Shown here: positions 32,641-42,467 of the stretch, piece by piece | How positions within the stretch are numbered: the first letter of the stretch is position 1 | Layout: the number at the start of each line of letters is the position of its first letter | Origin: Chamaesiphon sp. | GTDB lineage: Bacteria; Cyanobacteriota; Cyanobacteriia; Cyanobacteriales; Chamaesiphonaceae | DNA: 64,000 nucleotides | Direction of reading: 5' to 3' | Assembly: GCA_965246715.1 (NCBI GenBank) | Contig: CBDFFH010000037.1 | Location: 103,255 to 167,254, forward strand | Program-made: the position numbers and the translations under genes | The notes under the pieces: generated by a model | Databases searched by the model: none | The model's input: the letters and a program-made list of their open reading frames with translations, nothing else | What the model was told of the DNA's origin: nothing

Positions 32641-32943
32641 CGCGAGCGGATCTGAGTAGGTATAGAAGATCGAATCCGTTGGCGTAGCCTCCCGAAGGGA
32701 GAGAGAATCGCTCTTTGGTGAGATCCAAAACCTCATATCTGTTATTAGCAGCTAGATTAGAGCAATTTTGAAATGCTCGTGAATAGAATTCAAAAGTCGA
32801 ACGTATAGGTATTTAGAGACAGTTGCTAGTCAACATCATGACATGTGACTATTAACAAAATATCTTTTACACGATTACTTATGTAAAAGATATTTAGATC
32901 GAGATGGCTAAAATTATTTAATTTAGATAGGCATCGCACAACT
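32641..32943 (+). repeat. Leader element copy R5 plus extension
   Basis: Core GTGAATAGAATTCAAAAGTCGAACGTATAGGTATTTAGAGACAG. Confidence 0.85.
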
Positions 32944-33519
32944 ATGTATCGCACAAGTTTAATTTGGTTAACTGCTATTTTCATGACAGTAACAGCGGCA
33001 AATGTCAATGCACAGGACATCACCCCTGACAAATACTCATTCGGTCCAGCGATTGAACTTGGTGGTGGTAGCACGTCATTTGGAATTCAGGGCAAAGTCA
33101 ATGTTTATAAAAACTTTTCTATCCGACCAATAATTTTATTTGGCTATGGTCATAAAGAAGTTGTTGGTAGAACTTTCTTGGTTGGAGACACCACATATAA
33201 TTTTTCTGGAACTGCTTACGGATTAGGAATAACCTATGACTTTGCATTTCCCAATAGCCAAATTTCTGGTTATGCTGGTCCTAGAATTTTGTTTGCTTCT
33301 GATTCGAGACAGGGTGCCAATTCCAATTTAACTAATATTGGTCTAGTTGCAGGTGCTGACTATAAAATTTCTCAGAACTTTACTGTTGGCTTGAATATCA
33401 TATATAATGTTTCTGCCAGTGGCTCATACTCTGTTCCTACTCCGAGTAGCAGATATGTGGATTCCTTCTCTGACAGTGGAGATTTTAGATTTGGGATTAA
33501 CGCTGGTTACAACTTCTAG
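32944..33519 (+). CDS. Small outer-membrane beta-barrel protein (paralogue of 31815-32546)
   Basis: Shared NVNAQDITP.KYS.GPAIE…SFGIQGKVNV segment. C-terminal GYNF. Confidence 0.82.
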   Translation: MYRTSLIWLTAIFMTVTAANVNAQDITPDKYSFGPAIELGGGSTSFGIQGKVNVYKNFSIRPIILFGYGHKEVVGRTFLVGDTTYNFSGTAYGLGITYDFAFPNSQISGYAGPRILFASDSRQGANSNLTNIGLVAGADYKISQNFTVGLNIIYNVSASGSYSVPTPSSRYVDSFSDSGDFRFGINAGYNF

Positions 33520-34020
33520 AAGTTATCTTTGGATTTTTGAGTGATTATTTTTTAAGATGGATCCAGCTCAATATAATAAAACATCTATTGGATAATAAAT
33601 TATTCAATAGACATAATTCTCTACTCACAATGACTAGGGGATTTAGTTTTCATAATCGATCGCTGTGCGAGAAATTTACTAGTCTACAGCTTTAAAGCTG
33701 AGAACCTACCTTGAAAATCTCGATCGGTATCGATTGTTACCTGAAAGCCCCTTTTAACATTTTCATAAAGCAATTTTGGGATTGGCACTCGCAGCGAACG
33801 GCCATTTGCAGTGTAAGCTGTTCTACATCTAATTTTTTTGACTGAATCGCTTACGGCAACAGGTCTGGAGTGCCAAAAGAGTGGTTTAAATGTCGAACAG
33901 CTTAAGGTAATATTTGATGCGATCGATCGACTGGTTCGAGACACTTGAAAACCTCGCAGAGTTTAAACAACCCTCATCACCTTAGCTAGCTTTCATTCAT
34001 CATCTATTTTCGATCGATGG

Positions 34021-34205
34021 CGATCAGATCTGAGTAGGGATAAAAGATCGAATCCGTTAGCGAAACCTCTCTGAAAGAGAATCGCTTTTTGGTACACAAA
34101 AACTCACACCTGCTGCTAGCAAACAAATTCAAGCAATTTTAGACCGATCGTGCATAAAACTCAAAAGTCGAACGAATAGGTAATCAGAGACAGTTGCTAG
34201 TCATC
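34021..34205 (+). repeat. Leader element copy R6
   Basis: Core GTGCATAAAACTCAAAAGTCGAACGAATAGGTAATCAGAGACAG. Confidence 0.85.
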
Positions 34206-34228
34206 CACCAAAATCAGGAGATAAGAAT

Positions 34229-35710
34229 ATGAGTCGGGATATTTTTGATTTTAGTCCAGCCACAGAAACTACCAGCGATGCTCATTTCCGAGGTTTAGGT
34301 ATTTCAGTTCTGAGTGCCGATTCTAATAATTCACACAACAGTAATAATCTATTTGCCTATGCTGATACCCAAGAACAAAATGTTTTATCTAAATGGTCGC
34401 AGCAAAAGTCGAGCGATTACACGCCTCTAAATTCCTCAGCTAGTTACATGGCAGGATCGAGTGCATCCATCTTCGATAGTCTGCAAAAGTCGATCGACAA
34501 TACGATTGGGATGTTGAATGCCTCACTCTATCCAGCAGCACCAACTACACCCAGCAATGGTAGCACAACACCCGCAGCATTAGTCAGCACCAGCGATTGG
34601 TATAGTCTAAATCTAAAAGATTCCCAAATTTGCAATCTCGCTCGAAATCTGGGTGCGGATGGTAGTCTGAGTCGAAATGATTTTCTCAATATTTTCGAGC
34701 GGGTCGAGCAAAAAGCTACCGTCGATAGTAACGAACTAGCCGATCTCAAAACATTAACTAGCGTCTCAAATACTCCATTTAAAATTAGTGAAGATGTCAA
34801 ATATTTAGGGACTAAGGTAGCGCAAAGTACCACACTAAATATGAATGCAACCACTTTTGACTCCTTAGTGGGTAAGTGGTTTTTAGGTACGGTACCGCCA
34901 ACGGCAAGTTTTAGTCATGAATTGACTCATACTAGCTATGAGTTGGCTTACACTCCAATTCAAGGTAGCTTATTTGGAGCTACCGGACACGCACAGATTG
35001 CTGATATCAATCAAGGTTATTATATGGGTGATTGTGCGTTCTTATCTGCATTAGGCGCGACATTCGCACCTCAAAGCAACGATGCCACTCATAGCATCAG
35101 TAAGACGATCGATAACATGATTATCGATAACCATGACAATACTTATAGTGTCAAATTTCATAATGATACTAATAACAACGCAGCGGAATACGTGACAGTC
35201 GATCGTCGAGTCGCTACTTTCCAAGGTGGGATTTTTGGTGCTCATTCAAAAACTGGTTGGAACCCAAACGATAGCAATAATGTCATTTGGTCGGCATTAG
35301 TAGAACGTGCTTACGCTCAATGGTTCGAGGGTTACGGTCTAGCTGGATACAATAAAATTGGTAATGGAGATTTACCTAAAAATCCACTTGATTTTGTAAC
35401 AGGGATAAAACCTAAAACTTACAGTGGAGATTCACTAACTTTCTCATTGCTACAATCATCACTAGCTGGCGGTCATGCGATCGAAACATTTCGGAGTAGT
35501 GGTAGCACTAACGATTATATTGTAGGTAGTCATGCTTATGCGGTAACTAATGCCTATGTAGATTCGATCGGGCAGCAGCACATAGTAGTTCGCAATCCTT
35601 GGGGTGTCGATGGGGCGAAGTACGGTACTGCTAGTCTACAGGATGGCTTTGTCGATCTTTATTTTAATGCCTTTAAGAGTTATTTAGATGGTGGTGTGAC
35701 AATTGCTTAA
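34229..35710 (+). CDS. Calpain-like (C2 family) cysteine protease
   Basis: QG…GDCAFL, LVERAYA, HAY and RNPWG catalytic motifs. Confidence 0.88.
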   Translation: MSRDIFDFSPATETTSDAHFRGLGISVLSADSNNSHNSNNLFAYADTQEQNVLSKWSQQKSSDYTPLNSSASYMAGSSASIFDSLQKSIDNTIGMLNASLYPAAPTTPSNGSTTPAALVSTSDWYSLNLKDSQICNLARNLGADGSLSRNDFLNIFERVEQKATVDSNELADLKTLTSVSNTPFKISEDVKYLGTKVAQSTTLNMNATTFDSLVGKWFLGTVPPTASFSHELTHTSYELAYTPIQGSLFGATGHAQIADINQGYYMGDCAFLSALGATFAPQSNDATHSISKTIDNMIIDNHDNTYSVKFHNDTNNNAAEYVTVDRRVATFQGGIFGAHSKTGWNPNDSNNVIWSALVERAYAQWFEGYGLAGYNKIGNGDLPKNPLDFVTGIKPKTYSGDSLTFSLLQSSLAGGHAIETFRSSGSTNDYIVGSHAYAVTNAYVDSIGQQHIVVRNPWGVDGAKYGTASLQDGFVDLYFNAFKSYLDGGVTIA

Positions 35711-35900
35711 TCCACCGATCCGATCGTCGATCTAGATATCAAATCGACCTTTTCAATAGCCGAAATATCGGACACTGGTTATATCTCGGCTAGTGGTTCG
35801 CTATCATAAATAGCGGTTCTAATGATAACTAAATATTACAACAATCTAGATTGAATAGGAGTCGATCGTGAATATTTTCAAGCTTAACTTATCCAAGTTG

Positions 35901-36401
35901 ATGAAACGGACAACGATCGCGGTGGCTACCGTAATTGCGACAACGACGATATACAACTCTTCCGAACGTGCGGTAGCATATTATTCTGCCCCATCTTCAC
36001 TTATTGGTATTTGGAAAATTACCACACACACACAATATGGTAATTATCCAACAACAACAGAAGAACTTCACTTAAATCCCAACGGTAGCTACTTCGTTAT
36101 TCAAACAAATTTTGCATCACCTCAGGCATCTGGATCTAATTGTCAGCTAACTGACACGGCGGTTGTAAGAGGCACTTTTGCTGTCTACGGAAACACGCTG
36201 ACATTTTTCCATCAGACCAGATCTTTTAATAGGCAGAAAGTGTGTGCTGGGCAGATAATAAATCCCACGGCTATTACTAATTATAATGAATCAAATCAAA
36301 AAGAGATTGCACAATTTTCTATCCAAAATAATGGGCAAGCACTTTGTATGTCCAGCAATAATACAAGTGGCTCTTGTGCGCTTTATCGAAAATATCGTTA
36401 G
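35901..36401 (+). CDS. Secreted hypothetical protein (lipocalin-like)
   Basis: Signal-like N-terminus, LIGIW motif, 4 Cys. Confidence 0.6.
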   Translation: MKRTTIAVATVIATTTIYNSSERAVAYYSAPSSLIGIWKITTHTQYGNYPTTTEELHLNPNGSYFVIQTNFASPQASGSNCQLTDTAVVRGTFAVYGNTLTFFHQTRSFNRQKVCAGQIINPTAITNYNESNQKEIAQFSIQNNGQALCMSSNNTSGSCALYRKYR

Positions 36402-36445
36402 TCGAACGTATAGGTAGTGAGAGGAGGTCGATCGACAAGTTATCA
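36400..36445 (+). repeat. Truncated leader element core R7
   Basis: AGTCGAACGTATAGGTAGTGAGAGGAGGTCGATCGACAA immediately at the preceding stop codon. Confidence 0.7.
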
Positions 36446-36634
36446 AAAATCTCGTTGAATAATGACACCAGTTAATCTGTATTGGTGGATATATTTCAAT
36501 GAAAAATAGAGCTTTTATGTCTGCCAATACTCCTAAATATTCCTAAATCTTATATTTACTAATACAAACGTTTTATTTTAGTAGAAGTTCAGGGGGCTAA
36601 GAACCTGTTTGAAAAGAAGTTCTAATATCCATCC

Positions 36635-37624
36635 CTAAAGTAGATCGATCCCCAATTTCAAAGCTGGATTATTATCCCAGCGATCGCCCACATGAGCGTA
36701 AATCGCCGTAGTACGCGGATCGGCATGACCGAGTAAATCTTGCACCTGTCTCAACGAAGCCCCATTCCGCAGTGCCAATGTCCCCGCCGTATGCCGCAAA
36801 CTATGCGTCGATAGCGTCCGCCCCTCCATATATTTGAGATTCGTCGCCTGAAGATATTTATCCACCACCTGCCGAATCCCCCGTCGCGATAACCGCTCCC
36901 CCCGTCCACAATGACTGAGATTGATCGATAGTGGACTATCCACCATACAGTCAAATCCCTCTCCCGCCTCACGCTCAAATACTCTTCTAAGATCTGACCT
37001 AATTGGGGAGTCAATGGTACCACGCGTGTATGCCGCTTGCTACTCACCTTCAATCCTACCCGCTGTCCCTGACGCACGACATCGCCCACATTCAGGCGAT
37101 GCATCTCCACGGTGCGCGTTCCTTCGAGTGTCATCACGCCGAGTAACAACTTATCTCGCAAGGTTTTCAATGGGAGATTGTTACTAATCGATTGCAACAG
37201 CGTCGTAGCTTCGCCCTGTTCTAAATAAGTAATCCGCGCCGCCGGATCGATCGATTGAGTCGGTGGTTTGATCCCCCATGCTGGATTACTCCCCATCAAC
37301 CCATATTCCATCGCCGCATCATACAACCGACTGACAGCGGTTAATTTAATCGCGATCGTCTTAGGTTTATATCCCCGTTGCTCAGACAACCACCATCGAT
37401 AAATTTTAATTGTCTCGCGCGTCGCCGCACGAGGGTCGATCGAGCTACTCCGACACCACTCTAAATATTGCTTCACCTGATGCCAGTAAGTCACGATCGT
37501 ATCTCCACTCGCATTCCCCATTCGCCACATCAAATTGCAGGAAGTTGGTAAACACTCCAATCAATTCATCACAATCGATCTCGACGCTCGGTTTGATCTG
37601 TTGCTCGTCGGTGGTAGTTGGCAT
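36635..37624 (-). pseudogene. Tyrosine recombinase (XerC/D-like) with two frameshifts
   Basis: SAM-like N-terminus, GTR, HSLRH and LLGH…TTAIY motifs split over three frames. Shifts near 37516 (extra G) and 36960. Confidence 0.88.
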
Positions 37625-38259
37625 CTCAATCGCGCTCCGCACCTATAGGTAGTTATTTCTCTTATTGTATAAATTATTTCTAGTTTTGAGTTGCTGTTTG
37701 CAACAAAAATACTCCCTTGTTCTCCAGCAGAATCCAGATCTGTCAATTAGTGGCTAGCGATAGAATACCTATCCTCACGTTTATATCTCCACATCAACAA
37801 TTCGTTCGTTCTCTTGTTGTCATCTTAATCCTCGCTCTCCAAATTTAACTTTGCTTCTTGGGTAATTTTAATAAGTATATTAATATTGCATATACGTTAA
37901 TGTATTCTAAACATATTTTCAATAATTAGCTACGTTATTTTCTGTTTAAATAGCTATTTATAATACGTATATGAAATTATTTTGGAAATACACCAATTTT
38001 TTGTGCTTATCGATCGTCCGTGCACGCACCAGCACAACTGACCGACGACGCTTTCTTCGATCGCCAGTTGAGGCTCGATCGATCGGACATTGCTGGAGGT
38101 GTAGATAGAAAGGGAGGGATAAAACATTTTCATTGACATAGCTAGCTCGTGAACCGCGATTGACACAGCAGATTACCAACAAAGAGTGGTCGTAATTACG
38201 CACGCAATCTACTGGGTGCAACATCAACTCGGTTCTCAATCGAACCCTGCCTGACTCTA

Positions 38260-38317
38260 GTGGGGATAGTGGAAGGTACCTATAGTTACACTTATAGGTA
38301 CCTTCACTATCCCCCAC
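38260..38317. other. Long inverted repeat with loxP-like 13-8-13 core
   Basis: GAAGGTACCTATA-GTTACACT-TATAGGTACCTTC at 38272-38305, with imperfect outer arms. Confidence 0.6.
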
Positions 38318-40651
38318 GCGCTTTCCACGTCGAGAATCTCTCGCCGTGAACATAAGTGAAGTGATAAGTGTCGAATTTTTATCTGACTCAGTGTTTTTAC
38401 AAAAGCAAGATGTTTTCTTCCAAGTTTGTCGATTGCGCTCGAACCTCGCCAATCTACCTCAGTCTTGGTATTCCAGAATCCCTGATGCCTTCATCCCAAT
38501 CGATATCTGATATCTGATATCTTTTTAAATCTCGATTGTTTCGCTCCACAAATTATTATCCGAACGAGTCTAGCCTCAAATTAGCAGAATAGAATACCCA
38601 TCTAATAGTTCGGATAACTCGATCGGGCTATCTGCCTTAATAACTAACATTCTAAGTGTTATTAAGTAAGTGATTTTACTTAGAGTGCTTTGCAATTACG
38701 AATGAAAAAGTAATCGAGTAAGTATTATCGATCGCCTTTGCACGATCGAGATCGGTTGGCTGAGATTGGGGAAGTGCTGTTTTCCTACTTTAGGCTGTAA
38801 AGCTTTCTCAAACAAGCTTTGAAGCAGCAAGAATGTGATAATGTGTCTTTTCACATCCTTGCTCTATCCCCCCTGTGGCTCGCTCTCTAATCGCAGTCCG
38901 CACATTTTTAAGTGGCAATCGTATTAGCTCAAATTGTCATCTGTGAATTTCGATTAAAAAATTTCAATAATTGAGCGAATAAACTATCGATAATTGCTTC
39001 ATTTGCAGTGCAAAAGACTCTAGAATTCTTGCCGGCTCTAGAGGTAAATCCCAGATCGATATCGTCGAGAATTTGGGGAGCTTCGATTCGACGATATCGA
39101 TCCAATCTCCTCGTCAGATTCTTCGTCACCATCCATCAGCTCGGTGAGATATTCGCGAACGGTTATACCCCTAGCGATCGCGATTTTGTTGGCTTGTTCG
39201 AGTAGTGATTTCGGAGTTTGAGCGCTCGCTTTTCTGCTCGAGTTGGATCGATTTCGGCGGTAATTTTATTGGTAGTAATTTCGTTAGGGGCGTTAGTTGC
39301 GACAATGTTTTCCAGGTTCGATCCGGTGCCGATCTATCTTCGGAATAGCCCACTTCTCGATCGTAGACTTTGACTAAAATTACGGGCTGAGAATATGGCT
39401 GCTAGAGTGTCGGTCAGAGGCAAGCATCGGTAATGTTGCGGCGTTGGCGAGACGTTTAAAGTGAGCTTTAGAACTATCCGCTGGTATCTATGGCCATAGA
39501 TACCAGCGGATAGCAACGGTGTCGATTAGGATATGTTACTCAGATCTAGTCTCTAGCGGTAGTATATTGGCATCTAGCAAGCTTGTTCTGCACTCGATAG
39601 ATATTCAAGTTAATCTCCTCTTGCAGGGCATTTACAGAGCAATTTACAATCGATCGCGAGATCGAGGTCTGTATGCGATCGGCACAACCACCGATCGATT
39701 GTATTTGTGGGATAAAATCTTTTTGTGAAGGAGGAAGAGATGGCTGAGCAACAAAAACATCATTTATTGGCAATAAATAACCGTATTTGCAATAAATAAC
39801 CGTATTCAAATAACACATATGTATGCATGTCGATTGAATGTTGATTTGTTAGATACGAGCAAAAATTCCAAAAAGATTGGTTGAAGGCGAATAGCGGCCG
39901 TTCGATGACTAGTTGCTCGAAGAACTCAGGAGAGCAGCTTTTAAACCGATCGTGGAGTTCTTATTATGCAGATTCGATCGCCTCATCGCTAAATCCAGGT
40001 ATTTCAAGGGCGGCTGTTGCGGCTTGTTGGAAATCGATCGCGATTGAGTTCCTCTGCTGCGCCAGCTCGAACAAACTCCGCACTAGCGGGGCGAGATTAC
40101 CCAAGTAGGATGGCGGTTTGGGCGATTCCTCACATGTCTTCACCCGTCTCGCGAGATCGAATCGATCGGAGTTCTAGGGAGCTTTCGATTAAGCGATCGA
40201 ACGATCCGCCTTTGATTTTGACAAACCATAACAACGATCTTGTTTTAATTAAATATATTTAAATTTCATAAATATAATTAAAAGATAGACATGTTTTTAT
40301 AAAAACACAGTGTGCATACAAAAGAAAAATACTTATTAATTATTGATGGTGATAAAACACAAAAAATGAGATCGTTGGTGTCGACGAACAGTGGGAAAAG
40401 GAGATCGCTCGAACAGAGGCAGAGGCAATCGAAAGTGAGGATTCAACCACATAAATATGACTTCTTCCCATTTATGTGGTTGAAATGAGTCCAGAAGGGG
40501 AACTATGTATATAGGCTATATACTCATAGATATTTTCCTTAAATATTAAGGCTGTAATTCAGCACACTTATTCCATCGGAAGCATTCGATCGTCGTTCTA
40601 GTCATTATCGCGATCGCAGTTCTGTTTTTTCGGATTAATCTTTATAAAAAA

Positions 40652-40697
40652 CTCAAAGCTGCTATCAATCGATAAATCGATTGATAGCAGCTTTGAG
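40652..40697 (-). terminator. Perfect 22-bp hairpin, probable intrinsic terminator
   Basis: CTCAAAGCTGCTATCAATCGAT-AA-ATCGATTGATAGCAGCTTTGAG followed by a T-run on the minus strand. Confidence 0.6.
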
Positions 40698-40874
40698 ATA
40701 CCGATGAAGATTCGCTAAAATCTGACAAGAGAGCGCAAAATAAATAGAGGGGAGAACAGTAAATTTGTTTCTCCCAATGCTTCCAAGCATGGATGTATCT
40801 ATTTATCTTCACGCCCACAACAGCCGTCCCAATGAAAACAAGCGGCTGACCTAATGATGATTATATGTTTTTGT

Positions 40875-41024
40875 TCATAATGATTCTGTCTCTAACGAAC
40901 GGATGAATTCTCGAATGATATCAGTCTTAGTCCGTTCACAATGCTGGGAGAAACCATTGAGAATATTTAATTCTTGGTTGGGAATTTTAATGTTTAATTG
41001 CTTTGGGCTACGTGCTCTTGTCAT
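40875..41024 (-). CDS. CopG/ribbon-helix-helix small regulator (49 aa, not in ORF track)
   Basis: MTRARSPKQLNIKIPNQELNILNGFSQHCERTKTDIIREFIRSLETESL*. Confidence 0.75.
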   Translation of the reverse strand: MTRARSPKQLNIKIPNQELNILNGFSQHCERTKTDIIREFIRSLETESL

Positions 41025-41325
41025 TTTTACAACACTTAGATAAATTATATTTAAAATTGAAGTTATCGAGCGATTTTAAATTCATTAATTCGCTGTTTAC
41101 TAAAACTCAGATAAATAATTTTAGTGAAAATCAAAGATTTGAATTTAATCCTGCTAAACTAGACTAAAGATATTATAAAAAGAAAACCTTCGGAGCGAAC
41201 ATTACTCAATTATGCTATTAATGTATTTTAATGCAGTTAAAAATTTGAGAGTCGATCGGTGTCATAGCAGTACACGGTTCGGTTAGGATAGTTGTCAGTC
41301 TGGTTGTGAACGATCGATAGTTACC

Positions 41326-42285
41326 TTGACTTTACTCTCCACTATTGCGGCAGCTCCATTATCCCTGCGCGACATCGCTCAACGGGATTTACTCCAAGAA
41401 CTCATTGCCGACAGACGTTCGCCCAACACGCGGCGGACATATACTAAGGCATTGGTAGACTTTTTCATGCAGGTGGCGAATGCTTCGCCGACACCACAAT
41501 TAGTAGGCGAATTTTTGCAGCTCGATCGCTATCAAGCGATGACGCTAGTATTAAAATACCGCCGAATTTTGACCGATCGGGGATTGGCTCCATCGACGAT
41601 TAATACCCGACTGGCGGCGATTAAAAGTCTCGTCAGTTATGCGCGGAAGGTGGGGGAATGTCAGTACGATTTGGCAGATGTGGAGGGGGTGCGGGGAGAA
41701 ACCTATCGAGATACTTCGGGGGTGAATCCGACGGAATATCAGTTGACGCTCGGGATCTGCGATCGCGAGACGATCAAGGGCGTGCGGGATTATGCGATCC
41801 TGAGATTATTGTGGGATAACGCGCTACGGCGGGCGGAATTGTGTCAGGCGAATGTGAAAGATTTCGACCCGATCGGGTGTAAATTGTGGATTATTGGTAA
41901 AGGTAAAGTGCAACGTCAACCGATCGATCTGAGCGATCGATCGGTGCAGGCAATTCGAGCTTGGCTCGAACTGCGGGGGAAATGTAAGAGTACCGATCCG
42001 TTATTTTGTACGCTCGATCGGGCTACGCGGGGACACCGTTTGAGTGGGAATGCGATCTATAATCTCGTCAGGGATACGAGTGAAGCAGCAGGGATATATA
42101 AAGTGATGAGTCCGCACCGCGTGCGTCACAGTGCGATTACAGCGGCTTTGGATGCGACGAATGGGGATACGCGACGGGTGCAGAAATTAAGCCGTCATGC
42201 GGATTTGAATACGCTCACTCGGTACGATGATAATCGCCGCCATCATCAGGGCGAAGTTACTAAGATTTTGGCGGAGTTGGTGTGA
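41326..42285 (+). CDS. Tyrosine recombinase/integrase (XerC-like), intact
   Basis: ALRR, GKG, HRVRH, RH and RY catalytic residues. Confidence 0.92.
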   Translation: MTLLSTIAAAPLSLRDIAQRDLLQELIADRRSPNTRRTYTKALVDFFMQVANASPTPQLVGEFLQLDRYQAMTLVLKYRRILTDRGLAPSTINTRLAAIKSLVSYARKVGECQYDLADVEGVRGETYRDTSGVNPTEYQLTLGICDRETIKGVRDYAILRLLWDNALRRAELCQANVKDFDPIGCKLWIIGKGKVQRQPIDLSDRSVQAIRAWLELRGKCKSTDPLFCTLDRATRGHRLSGNAIYNLVRDTSEAAGIYKVMSPHRVRHSAITAALDATNGDTRRVQKLSRHADLNTLTRYDDNRRHHQGEVTKILAELV

Positions 42286-42467
42286 ATCCACTTTGCAGTG
42301 ACGATGGTTATCGAATTTTTCCTCAAGGAGCGAGATTCCACAGAGAGTCGCTGGTGTTGTCCATGGCGCAAGAGCATCGCTAATTCAATTATAAATTACC
42401 GTACTTTCCTTACCCATGAATGTTCGCTAAGATCGGAAAGTATCGGCAAACTCATCCTGCAACACAC

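Noticed and set aside
33684..33944. 86-aa minus-strand ORF within the array
   Set aside because: No identifiable motif. It may be a decayed fragment.
30222..36445. CRISPR array interpretation of the repeats
   Set aside because: Repeats are ~200 bp, divergent and separated by whole genes. No cas genes are present.
37958..38452. 164-aa ORF spanning the lox-like palindrome
   Set aside because: No recognisable motifs, atypical composition and a TTG start. Not called.
38637..38667. CTTAATAAC…GTTATTAAG inverted repeat as a dif site
   Set aside because: The 13-bp spacer and arm sequence do not fit the 11-6-11 dif geometry.
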